DNA of 64,000 nt from Desulfatiglandales bacterium (lineage in GTDB: Bacteria > Desulfobacterota > DSM-4660 > Desulfatiglandales > Desulfatiglandaceae): positions 2,880,001 through 2,944,000 of the forward strand of contig OY762721.1 in NCBI GenBank assembly GCA_963666345.1, read 5' to 3'. The position numbers were made by a program, and so were the translations under genes. Positions 1 through 8,921 of this stretch are shown here, piece by piece. Position 1 is the first letter of the stretch. The number at the start of each line of letters is the position of its first letter. The notes below the pieces were generated by a model. That model was not told the DNA's origin, searched no databases, and worked only from the letters and a program-made list of their open reading frames with translations.

Positions 1-1
1 A

Positions 2-1225
2 GATGTCCCTGTAGCGGATATCGCAGCACGGATGGGTACCCCGCTTTATCTCTATTCCCACGCAACCCTGGTGCAGCATTTCAAGGCCTTTGACGGTGCC
101 TTTGAGGGAATGGACCACTTGACCTGCTTTTCGGTGAAATCCAACTCGAACGTGGCGATATTGAAACTCTTTGCCAAAGAAGGCGGAGGCATGGATATCG
201 TATCGGCGGGAGAGCTGTTCAGGGCTTTAAGGGCAGGTGTGGACCCCCGAAAAATCGTTTATTCAGGGGTGGGGAAAAAGGAAGCGGACCTGGAATACGC
301 ACTGTCATCCAATATCCTTTTGTTTAACATAGAATCCGTTCAGGAGATAAGGAAATTAAATGAGATAGCGGCAGGGATGGGAATAAAAGCCGGTGTCTCA
401 TTCAGGGTAAACCCGGATGTCGATCCGAAGACCCATCCCTATATATCCACCGGGCTTAAGGAAAACAAGTTCGGCATAGACATAAAAGAGGCGGTCGATC
501 ACTACAAGATGGCTTCAGGGCTTTCGAATGTCGCGGTTAAAGGAGTATCCTGTCATATAGGCTCCCAGCTTACACAGGTATCACCTTTTGTGGATGCCCT
601 GAAAAAGGTTGAAGGGCTGATAGACGACCTTGCCGGGGAGGGAATCAAGATAGAATTTCTGGATCTGGGTGGAGGCCTCGGTATCACCTATGATAAGGAG
701 ACCCCTCCTAATCCGAAGGATTATGCCGGGTCAATAGAAAATGAACTGGGAGGCAGGGGTATCAAGCTTATCTTGGAACCCGGGCGGGTTATAATGGGAA
801 ATGCCGGCATATTTGTCAGCAGGGTCCTTTATACGAAATCATCCGGAGAGAAAAATTTCTTTGTCGTAGACGGGGCCATGAATGATCTTATGAGACCCAG
901 CCTTTACAATTCATTTCATGCCATACAGGAGGTAAACCTTTCGGGGCGTGAAACGGTCAAGGCGGATGTGGTCGGTCCGATCTGCGAGTCGGGCGATTTC
1001 CTGGCAAAATCAAGGGAGATGAAAAGGCTTGAACCGGGAGAACTTATAGCGGTTATGAGTGCCGGCGCCTACGGTTTCAGCATGTCCTCCAATTACAACT
1101 CAAGGCCAAGGGTCTGCGAGGTGATGGTGAAGGGGGATCGTTTTTACACCATAAGATCGAGAGAGAATCTTGAAGACCTCGTTAGGGGAGAGGTTATTCC
1201 CGAGTTTTTGATGGGAGAAAACTGA
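2..1225 (+). CDS. lysA: Diaminopimelate decarboxylase (5' end outside window)
   Basis: GTPLYLYS, FSVKSN (PLP lysine), HIGSQ, DLGGG, EPGR, GPICESGD, GAYG motifs; frame is open to the window edge. Confidence 0.96.
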   Translation, partial: DVPVADIAARMGTPLYLYSHATLVQHFKAFDGAFEGMDHLTCFSVKSNSNVAILKLFAKEGGGMDIVSAGELFRALRAGVDPRKIVYSGVGKKEADLEYALSSNILLFNIESVQEIRKLNEIAAGMGIKAGVSFRVNPDVDPKTHPYISTGLKENKFGIDIKEAVDHYKMASGLSNVAVKGVSCHIGSQLTQVSPFVDALKKVEGLIDDLAGEGIKIEFLDLGGGLGITYDKETPPNPKDYAGSIENELGGRGIKLILEPGRVIMGNAGIFVSRVLYTKSSGEKNFFVVDGAMNDLMRPSLYNSFHAIQEVNLSGRETVKADVVGPICESGDFLAKSREMKRLEPGELIAVMSAGAYGFSMSSNYNSRPRVCEVMVKGDRFYTIRSRENLEDLVRGEVIPEFLMGEN

Positions 1226-1228
1226 GAC

Positions 1229-2050
1229 ATGGAACAGATCGAATTCTGGAAGATGAGCGGTAGCGGAAATGATTTCATCATTATCGATAACAGGGATCGA
1301 CATATAAAAGATAAGGATATGTCCCGAATCGTTTCAAGGGCCTGCAGACGGAGGGAATCGGTAGGCGCTGACGGGGTTATATTCGTAGTCGATTCGGATT
1401 CTTCCGATTTTGCCTGGCGGTTTTTCAACGCCGACGGCGGGGAGGTTGAAATGTGCGGAAACGGCAGCCGGTGCGTGGCCCGTTTCGCCTATTTGAAGGG
1501 CATTGCCGGGCAGGAAATGACATTCGATACCATGAACGGTCCTGTCTCGGCGCGGGTCGAAGGAAGAAGGGTAAAGGTCCTGATGCCCAAGCCGACCGGC
1601 CTGTCGATTGATATACCCGTTAAGCACAAAGAGGGCTGGAAAAGCGCCGATTTTATCGATACCGGGGTCCCGCATCTGGTGGTGGAGGTCGGTGACCTGA
1701 AGGACCATCCGGTTTTTGAACAGGGAAGGACTGCCAGATATGACGAATTCTTCGCCCCTTCAGGCACAAACGTCGATTTCATGAAAAAGGCCGGCGAAGA
1801 TCACCTGGAGATAAGGACATATGAGAGGGGAGTGGAAGATGAGACGCTGGCCTGCGGTACCGGTTGCATCGCCTGTGCGCTTGTTTCTTCCCTCAAAGGG
1901 GCCGTGAAATCCCCTGTGAGCGTAACCACGAAAAGCGGCGAGGATCTTATCATAAGCTTTTCACGAAACCGGGAATCTTTTGAAGAGGTATGGATGGAGG
2001 GTAATACCTCTATCATTTACCGAGCCGGCCTTGACCATGAGGCCCTTTGA
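1229..2050 (+). CDS. dapF: Diaminopimelate epimerase
   Basis: KMSGSGNDF, EMCGNG, TYERGVEDETLACGTG. Confidence 0.97.
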   Translation: MEQIEFWKMSGSGNDFIIIDNRDRHIKDKDMSRIVSRACRRRESVGADGVIFVVDSDSSDFAWRFFNADGGEVEMCGNGSRCVARFAYLKGIAGQEMTFDTMNGPVSARVEGRRVKVLMPKPTGLSIDIPVKHKEGWKSADFIDTGVPHLVVEVGDLKDHPVFEQGRTARYDEFFAPSGTNVDFMKKAGEDHLEIRTYERGVEDETLACGTGCIACALVSSLKGAVKSPVSVTTKSGEDLIISFSRNRESFEEVWMEGNTSIIYRAGLDHEAL

Positions 2051-2084
2051 TCAAGGCATCGCACGAATGCGGGAAAATCTCACA

Positions 2085-2120
2085 CCCGGAAAAGGGAAAT
2101 CATGATTTCCCTTTTCCGGG
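2085..2120. repeat. Perfect 36-bp palindrome between dapF and dapA
   Basis: cccggaaaagggaaatcatgatttcccttttccggg equals its own reverse complement. Confidence 0.85.
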
Positions 2121-2148
2121 CTAACAATATTTTTTATAGGAGGACATC

Positions 2149-3021
2149 ATGTTTAAAGGATCTATAGTTGCCATTGTTACACCCTTTAAAGAGGGCAGGG
2201 TGGATGAGGACTCCTTTAGAGACCTGATAGAATTCCAGATCGAAAACGGAACCAGCGGGATAGTGCCCTGCGGTACCACGGGGGAATCAGCGACCCTGAC
2301 GGTGGAAGAGCATGGCCGGGTCATAGATATAACGGTTGAAGCGGTTAAAGGAAGGGTTCCGGTCATTGCGGGAACAGGCGGAAACAGTACGGCCGAGGCA
2401 ATTGAACTTACAGGGCACGCAAAGGCGTCAGGAGTCGATGCAACGCTTCAGGTGACCCCCTATTATAACAAACCTACCCAGGAGGGCCTTTATCAACATT
2501 TCAAGGCAATCGCCGAGGCGGTCTCTCTTCCCCAGATACTTTACAATATACCTGGAAGAACGGGCGTGAATATGCTGCCCGAGACAATCGCCCGGCTTGC
2601 GGACATCCCGGAGGTGGTGGCCGTCAAGGAGGCATCCGGCAGCCTTGCTCAGATGGCCGAGGTGGTTCAGCTTGCAGGAGAAAAGATAACCCTCCTTGCA
2701 GGTGATGACAATGTTATCCTTCCGGTACTTTCATTGGGAGGAAAGGGTGTCATCTCCGTTATAGCAAACATGGTGCCCGGGCAGACCGCGGATATTATCA
2801 GGACTTGGGAAGAGGGGGATATAAACAGGGCAAGAGATCTTTTCTACGGACTTCTTCCCCTGTGCAGGGCCATGTTTTACGAGACAAACCCTATCCCTGT
2901 AAAGACCTCACTGGCGCTTATGGGAAAAATTAAGGGGGAATTCAGGCTTCCTATGACTCCGATGCTTCCTGAAAATCTCGAAAGACTCAAAAAGGCCTTG
3001 TCCGAATTCGGTCTTATCTGA
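2149..3021 (+). CDS. dapA: 4-hydroxy-tetrahydrodipicolinate synthase
   Basis: GTTGES, TPYYNKPTQEG, LYNIPGRT, KEASG, NPIPVK. Confidence 0.97.
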   Translation: MFKGSIVAIVTPFKEGRVDEDSFRDLIEFQIENGTSGIVPCGTTGESATLTVEEHGRVIDITVEAVKGRVPVIAGTGGNSTAEAIELTGHAKASGVDATLQVTPYYNKPTQEGLYQHFKAIAEAVSLPQILYNIPGRTGVNMLPETIARLADIPEVVAVKEASGSLAQMAEVVQLAGEKITLLAGDDNVILPVLSLGGKGVISVIANMVPGQTADIIRTWEEGDINRARDLFYGLLPLCRAMFYETNPIPVKTSLALMGKIKGEFRLPMTPMLPENLERLKKALSEFGLI

Positions 3022-3090
3022 GGATGTTTTGGGGAGACATGTAAAAGAAAGCCGGTTGTTTCCGGTTGCGATATGAGGGAGGAATCTTAG

Positions 3091-3894
3091 ATGGCAAATG
3101 TAGCCGTGGCAGGTGCCGCCGGAAGGATGGGGGTGCGGATTATAAATCTTATCAGCCAGAATGACGCTCTTCTGCTTGCCGGCGCACTTGAGCGACCGGG
3201 GCATCCGAGGCTGGGAGAGGATGCAGGCCTTGTTGCAGGCCTTGGACAAACCGGCGTGGTAATATCTTCATCTCTTGAAGATGTCATTGACAGGGCTGAT
3301 GTGCTGATAGATTTTACCGAGGCCGGAGCCACTGTTCAAAACGCCCGGATCGTATCCTCCCTCAACAAATCCATGGTAATAGGCACTACCGGCATAACCG
3401 GTGAGATGCGCATTGAGATTGAAGCCTTGTGTCAGGACATGAGATGCGTCATGGCCCCCAACATGAGCGTGGGGGTGAATGTCATGTTCAAGATAGCAGG
3501 GGAAATGGCGCGAATACTGGGCAATGATTACGATCTGGAGGTTATAGAGGCCCATCACAGGTTTAAAAAGGATGCCCCCAGCGGCACGGCCGTTCATCTT
3601 GGAAGGCTTCTTTCCGAGGCGGTGGGGCGCGATTTTGACGAGGTGGCGGTTTTTGAACGAAATGGTATTACCGGGCAAAGGAGCGAAAGGGAGATAGGTC
3701 TTCAAAGCGTAAGGGCCGGAGACATAACCGGGGATCATACTGTTATCTTCGGTGGCATAGGAGAAAGGCTGGAACTGATTCACAGGGCCCATAACCGTGA
3801 CAACTTTGCCAAAGGCGCCTTGAGGGCCGCTGAATGGGTGGTTTCTCAGCCTAACGGCCTCTACAGTATGCAGGATGTACTGGGGCTTAAATGA
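3091..3894 (+). CDS. dapB: 4-hydroxy-tetrahydrodipicolinate reductase
   Basis: GAAGRMG, IGTTG, EAHHRFKKDAPSGTA. Confidence 0.97.
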   Translation: MANVAVAGAAGRMGVRIINLISQNDALLLAGALERPGHPRLGEDAGLVAGLGQTGVVISSSLEDVIDRADVLIDFTEAGATVQNARIVSSLNKSMVIGTTGITGEMRIEIEALCQDMRCVMAPNMSVGVNVMFKIAGEMARILGNDYDLEVIEAHHRFKKDAPSGTAVHLGRLLSEAVGRDFDEVAVFERNGITGQRSEREIGLQSVRAGDITGDHTVIFGGIGERLELIHRAHNRDNFAKGALRAAEWVVSQPNGLYSMQDVLGLK

Positions 3895-3956
3895 CCCGAT
3901 GGGTCTTTGGAACCCAAGTTAAAGAAGAACCACAAATCAGAAAGGGATTTCTACAG

Positions 3957-5129
3957 ATGGGGATATTTGAAAAGGCAGAAAGATTAAAGAAACTTCCACC
4001 TTATCTTTTCAAGGAGATAGATCGTAAAAAGGATGAAATAAGGGGCAGGGGGATCGATATCATAGATCTGGGAGTAGGGGATCCCGATCTGCCCACGCCG
4101 GGTAACATCATAGCCGCCCTCAAGGAGGCCTCGGAGGATCGCGCGAATCACCGTTACCCTTCCTATTCAGGAATGAATGATTTCAAGACCGCTGTTGCCG
4201 AGTGGTATGATAAGAGATTCGGTGTCGATCTTGATGAGAAAAGCGAGGTGGTTTCACTTATCGGCAGCAAGGAAGGCATAGCGCATTTTCCTCTGGCATT
4301 TATAAATCCGGGGGATATCGCCCTTGTCCCGTCTCCTGCCTATCCGGTCTATAACGTGGCGACCCTGTTTGCGGGGGGGGAGTCCTGTTTCATGCCTCTT
4401 TTGAGGGAAAATCGCTTTCTTCCCGACCTCGACTCCATACCGGAGGATGTCTGCTCAAGGGCAAGGATCATGTTCATAAACTACCCGAATAATCCTACCT
4501 CCGCTGTCGCCGATGTTGCATTTTTTTCCCGGGTCGTCCGGTTTGCAAAAGAAAACAATATAATAGTGTGCCATGATGCCGCATACTCCGAGATGGCCTT
4601 TGACGGCCATAAACCGATGAGCTTCCTTGAGGTCGAAGGCGCAAAAGATGTGGGGATCGAGTTCCATTCTCTGTCCAAGACCTACAACATGACAGGGTGG
4701 AGGATAGGCTTTGCCGTGGGTAACCGGGAGGCCGTCGAGGGGCTCGGGACTGTAAAGAGCAACATAGACTCGGGTATTTTTCAGGCCGTCCAGATGGCGG
4801 GGATAGAGGCCCTTAGAGGTGATCAGGCCTGCGTTGGAGAAGTTATAGAGGTATATACACGCAGGAGAGATCTTATGGTAAAGGGCCTGAGAGAGGCGGG
4901 GTTTGAGCTTGAGACACCCAGTGCCACCTTTTACCTCTGGGTAAGGGTGCCTGAAGGCTACACATCGGCTGCGATCACCGAGCGCCTGCTTGAGGAGGCG
5001 GGTGTGGTGGTCACCCCTGGTAACGGTTTCGGTGAGCCGGGTGAGGGATATTTCCGCATCGCCCTTACCCAGACAAGGGAAAGGCTTGAAGATGCGATCG
5101 GTCGGATTAAGGGCCTTAATCTAATGTGA
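3957..5129 (+). CDS. dapL: LL-diaminopimelate aminotransferase (class I/II PLP enzyme); likely ATG at 3957
   Basis: LPPYLF, DLGVGDPD, NYPNNPT, SLSKTYNMTGWRIG; position in the dap operon. Confidence 0.88.
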   Translation: MGIFEKAERLKKLPPYLFKEIDRKKDEIRGRGIDIIDLGVGDPDLPTPGNIIAALKEASEDRANHRYPSYSGMNDFKTAVAEWYDKRFGVDLDEKSEVVSLIGSKEGIAHFPLAFINPGDIALVPSPAYPVYNVATLFAGGESCFMPLLRENRFLPDLDSIPEDVCSRARIMFINYPNNPTSAVADVAFFSRVVRFAKENNIIVCHDAAYSEMAFDGHKPMSFLEVEGAKDVGIEFHSLSKTYNMTGWRIGFAVGNREAVEGLGTVKSNIDSGIFQAVQMAGIEALRGDQACVGEVIEVYTRRRDLMVKGLREAGFELETPSATFYLWVRVPEGYTSAAITERLLEEAGVVVTPGNGFGEPGEGYFRIALTQTRERLEDAIGRIKGLNLM

Positions 5130-5136
5130 CAAACAG

Positions 5137-5599
5137 GGATCATCTCCCGATTAGTTGGTTTTAAACAGGGCTAAATAAAGAAATCCTTCTTATTTAAGCG
5201 GGTTAGACCTCGTAGGATTCAAGGGGTCGAGGATTCAAGGATTCCAGTGCTCCATTGAAACGGCGGATAAAACCGCTAAAGCATAACAAAGATTTAAAGC
5301 TGTTGCATAAATCCTGCGAACGCTTTTTCAGGTATATAGAATAAATGAAGAATTCTCAAATAACATGAGCTACACAGAGATCGATAAATTGTTAAAAATG
5401 CTGATAAAGTCTTTAGAAAACAAACCCTTGACCCCTTGACCCCTTGAAACCGGGAACCCGCTGCGAAGCAGTGGGACTGAGCAAAGCGCAAGCGGAGCAA
5501 AGAAACCGGGAACCCGCTGCGAAGCAGTGAGACTGAGCTGAGCTAAGCGAGGGTGAAAAATCCTTGGACCCTCTTCGCCAACTAAGTTGGGGAAGAACC
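5137..5599 (+). mobile_element. MITE family A copy 1 (imperfect 22-bp TIRs, internally deleted four-helix-bundle remnant, octamer repeats)
   Basis: Ends ggatcatctcccgattagttgg / ccaactaagttggggaagaacc; flanks acaaacag/ataaatag (degenerate 8-bp TSD); homologous to 10579-10920. Confidence 0.8.
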
Positions 5600-5640
5600 A
5601 TAAATAGTAATTTGCGTTACGGCCCGGACAGGTATTATCT

Positions 5641-6141
5641 ATGGCGACTTCCGCCTTTATCGGGATCGGCTCAAATCTGGGAGACAGGGTCAAAAACTGC
5701 CTTGACGCGATAGAATCAATAAGAGATATCCCCGGGTGCGCTGTTGAGTCGAGATCCGATCTTTTCACTACAGAGCCTCAGGGAGTCAGGGACCAGGACT
5801 GGTTTGTCAACGGGGTGGTTTCCGTTTATACCTGTCTGGGGGCGTCTCAACTTCTTTCCGGTCTCATGGCTATCGAAAGTGTCATGGGAAGGGTGAGGGA
5901 GAAAAAATGGGGACCCAGGAATATCGATCTTGACATCCTTTTTTTTGGTCGGGAGATAATAGAAACGGAGGATCTGATCGTTCCTCACCCCATGGTCCAG
6001 GAGCGCAGGTTCGTGCTTGTGCCTATGGTGCAGCTGGCACCCGATTTCAAACATCCGCTGCTCATGAAGAGTATGGCCGATTTGCTGGATGATCTTAACA
6101 AGGACGGGCAGGCCGTTTTCCCCTTAAAGGAGGAACCTTGA
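5641..6141 (+). CDS. folK: 2-amino-4-hydroxy-6-hydroxymethyldihydropteridine diphosphokinase
   Basis: IGIGSNLGD, KWGPRNIDLDIL, VPHP, RRFVLVP. Confidence 0.96.
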   Translation: MATSAFIGIGSNLGDRVKNCLDAIESIRDIPGCAVESRSDLFTTEPQGVRDQDWFVNGVVSVYTCLGASQLLSGLMAIESVMGRVREKKWGPRNIDLDILFFGREIIETEDLIVPHPMVQERRFVLVPMVQLAPDFKHPLLMKSMADLLDDLNKDGQAVFPLKEEP

Positions 6142-6425
6142 TAAAGCTTATAGTGATAGGTTTTCTCGTGTGGCTTGTCTACAGGACCCTTAAGGGAATT
6201 TTTTCAGTCAAGAAGGAACAGGGCAGCGTAAATGAGCAGATAAGTGAAATGGTTCAGGATCCATCCTGCCTGACCTTTATTCCCAAAACAGATGCCAGAA
6301 GGCGGGTGATCAACGGCAAGACCTATTATTTCTGCAGTGATGAGTGCGCGGCCAGGTTCGAAAAGGCTGGAAAGGTGCGGGAGCAAATTAGTATAAATGA
6401 CAATAAACAGCAGGAGGATTTATGA
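6138..6425 (+). CDS. YHS/TRASH-domain membrane-anchored protein
   Basis: N-terminal hydrophobic segment; MVQDPSC...YYFCSDEC. Confidence 0.8.
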   Translation: MIKLIVIGFLVWLVYRTLKGIFSVKKEQGSVNEQISEMVQDPSCLTFIPKTDARRRVINGKTYYFCSDECAARFEKAGKVREQISINDNKQQEDL

Positions 6426-7063
6426 AATTTTTTATTGATACTGCCAATGTGGAAGAGATCAAAAAGGCGAGCGCCCTTGGAATGGTGGACGGGGTGACGA
6501 CAAATCCCTCGCTTGTGTCAAAAGAGGGACGTGAATTTAAAGGACTTATCAAAGAGATATGCGGGATCGTGGATGGTCCCGTGAGCGCGGAGGTCGTGAG
6601 CGTTGATTCGGACGGAATGGTGGCTGAGGCGCGTGACCTTGTAAAAATTGCGGATAACATAGTGGTAAAGATCCCGCTTCTGGAAGAAGGGTTAAAGGCG
6701 GTAAAGATCCTGGCGGAAGAAGGTATACGCACCAATGTCACACTCTGCTTTTCTCCCGTGCAGGCTCTTATGGCGGCAAAGGCGGGGGCTGCCTACATCA
6801 GTCCTTTCGTTGGAAGGCTGGATGATATCAGCCATCAGGGAATGGAGCTGGTTGAGCAGATTATCACCATCTACGATAACTATGGTTTCGAAACAGAGGT
6901 CATAGTCGCAAGTGTGAGAAATCCCCTCCATGTCGTGGATGCGGCCCTCATGGGGGCGGACATAGCCACCATCCCCTTTAAGGTTATAAGCCAGCTTGTA
7001 AAGCACCCCCTTACGGATATCGGCCTTGAAAAGTTCCTGGCTGACTGGAAAAAACAGGGATAA
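6422..7063 (+). CDS. fsa: Transaldolase / fructose-6-phosphate aldolase family
   Basis: [33 protein letters not shown]. Confidence 0.93.
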   Translation: MKFFIDTANVEEIKKASALGMVDGVTTNPSLVSKEGREFKGLIKEICGIVDGPVSAEVVSVDSDGMVAEARDLVKIADNIVVKIPLLEEGLKAVKILAEEGIRTNVTLCFSPVQALMAAKAGAAYISPFVGRLDDISHQGMELVEQIITIYDNYGFETEVIVASVRNPLHVVDAALMGADIATIPFKVISQLVKHPLTDIGLEKFLADWKKQG

Positions 7064-7064
7064 T

Positions 7065-7649
7065 ATGGCTCTGAAGTCTTTTGCAGGCATTTTAACAGTG
7101 GCCTTTGTCCTGATATCATACATGGTGCCTCCTGCCTATGGTGATATATATCGGTATAAGGACAAAAATGGAGTCGTACATTTTGCCAATGTAAAAAGCG
7201 ACAAGCGCTACAGGATCTATATAAGGACAATCAAAAAGACGCCTGCCCAGTATATAAATCAATATGAGGGTATAATAAAGCAGGCGGCAAAGAGGTTCGG
7301 CGTCGACCGTAATCTGATAAAGGCGGTCATAAAGGCCGAGTCGGATTTCAATCACAAGGCCGTTTCCAGAAAAGGTGCCCAGGGGCTTATGCAGCTCATG
7401 CCCGGGACCGCAGATGAAATGGACGTGGATAATCCCTTTAATGCCGAGGAAAATATATTCGGAGGCACCCGTTATCTCAGCCTTCTTTTGAAGCGTTTCA
7501 AGGGCGATACCCGTCTGGCCCTGGCGGCCTACAATGCCGGACCCGAGGCGGTCGAGTCGAACAATAGAATTCCACGGATACCTGAGACTCAGGAATTCGT
7601 CAAAAAGGTGATGCGTTATTTTGAGATCTACCGATCCAAGAGGGGTTAG
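7065..7649 (+). CDS. Lytic transglycosylase (SLT) with N-terminal DUF4124-like segment
   Basis: AVIKAES, GAQGLMQLMP, ALAAYNAG; IYRYKDKNGVVHF. Confidence 0.9.
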   Translation: MALKSFAGILTVAFVLISYMVPPAYGDIYRYKDKNGVVHFANVKSDKRYRIYIRTIKKTPAQYINQYEGIIKQAAKRFGVDRNLIKAVIKAESDFNHKAVSRKGAQGLMQLMPGTADEMDVDNPFNAEENIFGGTRYLSLLLKRFKGDTRLALAAYNAGPEAVESNNRIPRIPETQEFVKKVMRYFEIYRSKRG

Positions 7650-7662
7650 AAAAGGGGCGGAA

Positions 7663-8247
7663 ATGATGGACTCGGAGTTCAAAAAAAGTATCTCTAATAT
7701 ACCCAATACCCTCACGATAATGAGGCTTGCCTCTATCCCGCTTATCCTGGTATGTCTTTTATTTGAGGGACGGGTGGGGAGTTTTCTGGGAGGGCTTTTT
7801 TTTACGATAGCATCGGTCACGGATATCCTGGACGGCTATGTTGCAAGGAAATATAATTCCGTTACGGTTCTGGGTAAATTTCTTGACCCCCTTGCGGACA
7901 AACTGCTCGTATCAATGACCATGATCATGCTTATTCCACTTGGTCGTATTCCTTTCTGGGTGGTTATGGTCATAGTGGCCAGAGAGATGGCGGTTACGGG
8001 GTTAAGGGGGATCGCAGTTACCGAGGGAATAGTCCTTCAGGCAAGCCCGCTGGGAAAATTCAAGACCATCTTTCAGTCCGTCGCCATTGCGGGTCTGTGC
8101 CTTCATTACGAATACCTGGGCCTTGTCGATACGCATGTGGTGGGCATGTTCTTTCTGTGGTGTGCCCTGGTATTGACGCTTTGGTCCGGGTATGATTATT
8201 TCAGCCAGTTCAGCCATGTTCTTCACAAAAAACCTGATCCGGACTGA
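7663..8247 (+). CDS. pgsA: CDP-diacylglycerol--glycerol-3-phosphate 3-phosphatidyltransferase
   Basis: NIPNTLT, DILDGYVAR, GKFLDPLADKLL; followed by tRNA-Gly/Cys. Confidence 0.95.
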   Translation: MMDSEFKKSISNIPNTLTIMRLASIPLILVCLLFEGRVGSFLGGLFFTIASVTDILDGYVARKYNSVTVLGKFLDPLADKLLVSMTMIMLIPLGRIPFWVVMVIVAREMAVTGLRGIAVTEGIVLQASPLGKFKTIFQSVAIAGLCLHYEYLGLVDTHVVGMFFLWCALVLTLWSGYDYFSQFSHVLHKKPDPD

Positions 8248-8279
8248 TTTATAATTTGTTTGTTTCCAGAGTTTTTCTG

Positions 8280-8307
8280 TTGACAAAACAGAAGCGTGTA
8301 GTAAAAT
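8280..8307 (+). promoter_or_regulatory. Sigma70-like promoter for tRNA genes
   Basis: TTGACA-16 nt-TAAAAT just upstream of tRNA-Gly. Confidence 0.6.
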
Positions 8308-8320
8308 ATAGAGTCTCTTT

Positions 8321-8396
8321 GCGGGAATAGCTCAGCTGGTAGAGCTCTACGTTGCCAACGTAGTTGTCGCGGGTTCAAGTCCCGTTTCCCGCTCCA
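8321..8396 (+). tRNA. tRNA-Gly(GCC)
   Basis: Cloverleaf gcgggaa...ttcccgc-tcca, anticodon loop ttGCCaa, GGTTCAAGTCC T-arm. Confidence 0.97.
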
Positions 8397-8407
8397 TAAG
8401 TTAAAAA

Positions 8408-8483
8408 GGCGGCATAGCCAAGTTGGTAAGGCAGCGGTCTGCAAAACCGTTATTCACCAGTTCAAATCTGGTTGCCGCCTCCA
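8408..8483 (+). tRNA. tRNA-Cys(GCA)
   Basis: ggcggca...tgccgcc-tcca, anticodon loop ctGCAaa. Confidence 0.96.
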
Positions 8484-8493
8484 TCATTTAGGA

Positions 8494-8531
8494 AGGGGTC
8501 TGCATCGTATATGTGTGCAGGCCCCTTTTTT
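8494..8531 (+). terminator. Intrinsic terminator after tRNAs
   Basis: aggggtctgca...tgcaggcccct hairpin followed by T run. Confidence 0.75.
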
Positions 8532-8594
8532 ATTTTCTGCTACCATTTTGCTACCACTTTGGGCAAAAACTGCATTTCCCAGTATAGTTATCAA

Positions 8595-8687
8595 TCATTT
8601 AGGGATGACATCGAGGTCGTACCGCTCGATAAGTGCCGAATACCCTGCAGGTTTGAGTATCGATTTATTCTGTTTGTTTTCAATCAT
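8595..8687 (-). pseudogene. Probable N-terminal fragment of a Fic-family gene
   Basis: PAGYSALIERYDLDVIP resembles, from recall, the N-terminus of a Fic-family subgroup; truncated after 30 codons. Confidence 0.4.
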
Positions 8688-8921
8688 AATTTTCTCTTGA
8701 AAAATAGTTATATTCCCGAAAAATTGATTGCAAATCGGGCTATCGGGAGATTTTTTGTTACGCTGTGTGTCCAAGGTCAGCCCACTCCCGATCACGTTGC
8801 CTGCCCTGGCAGACCGCCCTGTTTCCGTACATATCCCGCTTAGGGGTACGATAAGTTTTAAATGAGTCGTAAGGCCGGCACGGGGGAAGGAAAATCCTGT
8901 ATTTCAACGGCGGGCGGTTTA

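Noticed and set aside
5446..5557. CRISPR-like short repeats (also 20152-20268)
   Set aside because: Only two abutting 56-bp units without spacers, embedded in MITEs
5294..5768. Short ORFs over MITEs, tRNAs and antisense to core genes (e.g. 5294-5500, 8223-8444, 20391-20738, 63650-63910)
   Set aside because: Shadow ORFs explained by repeats, tRNAs or a better-supported gene on the opposite strand
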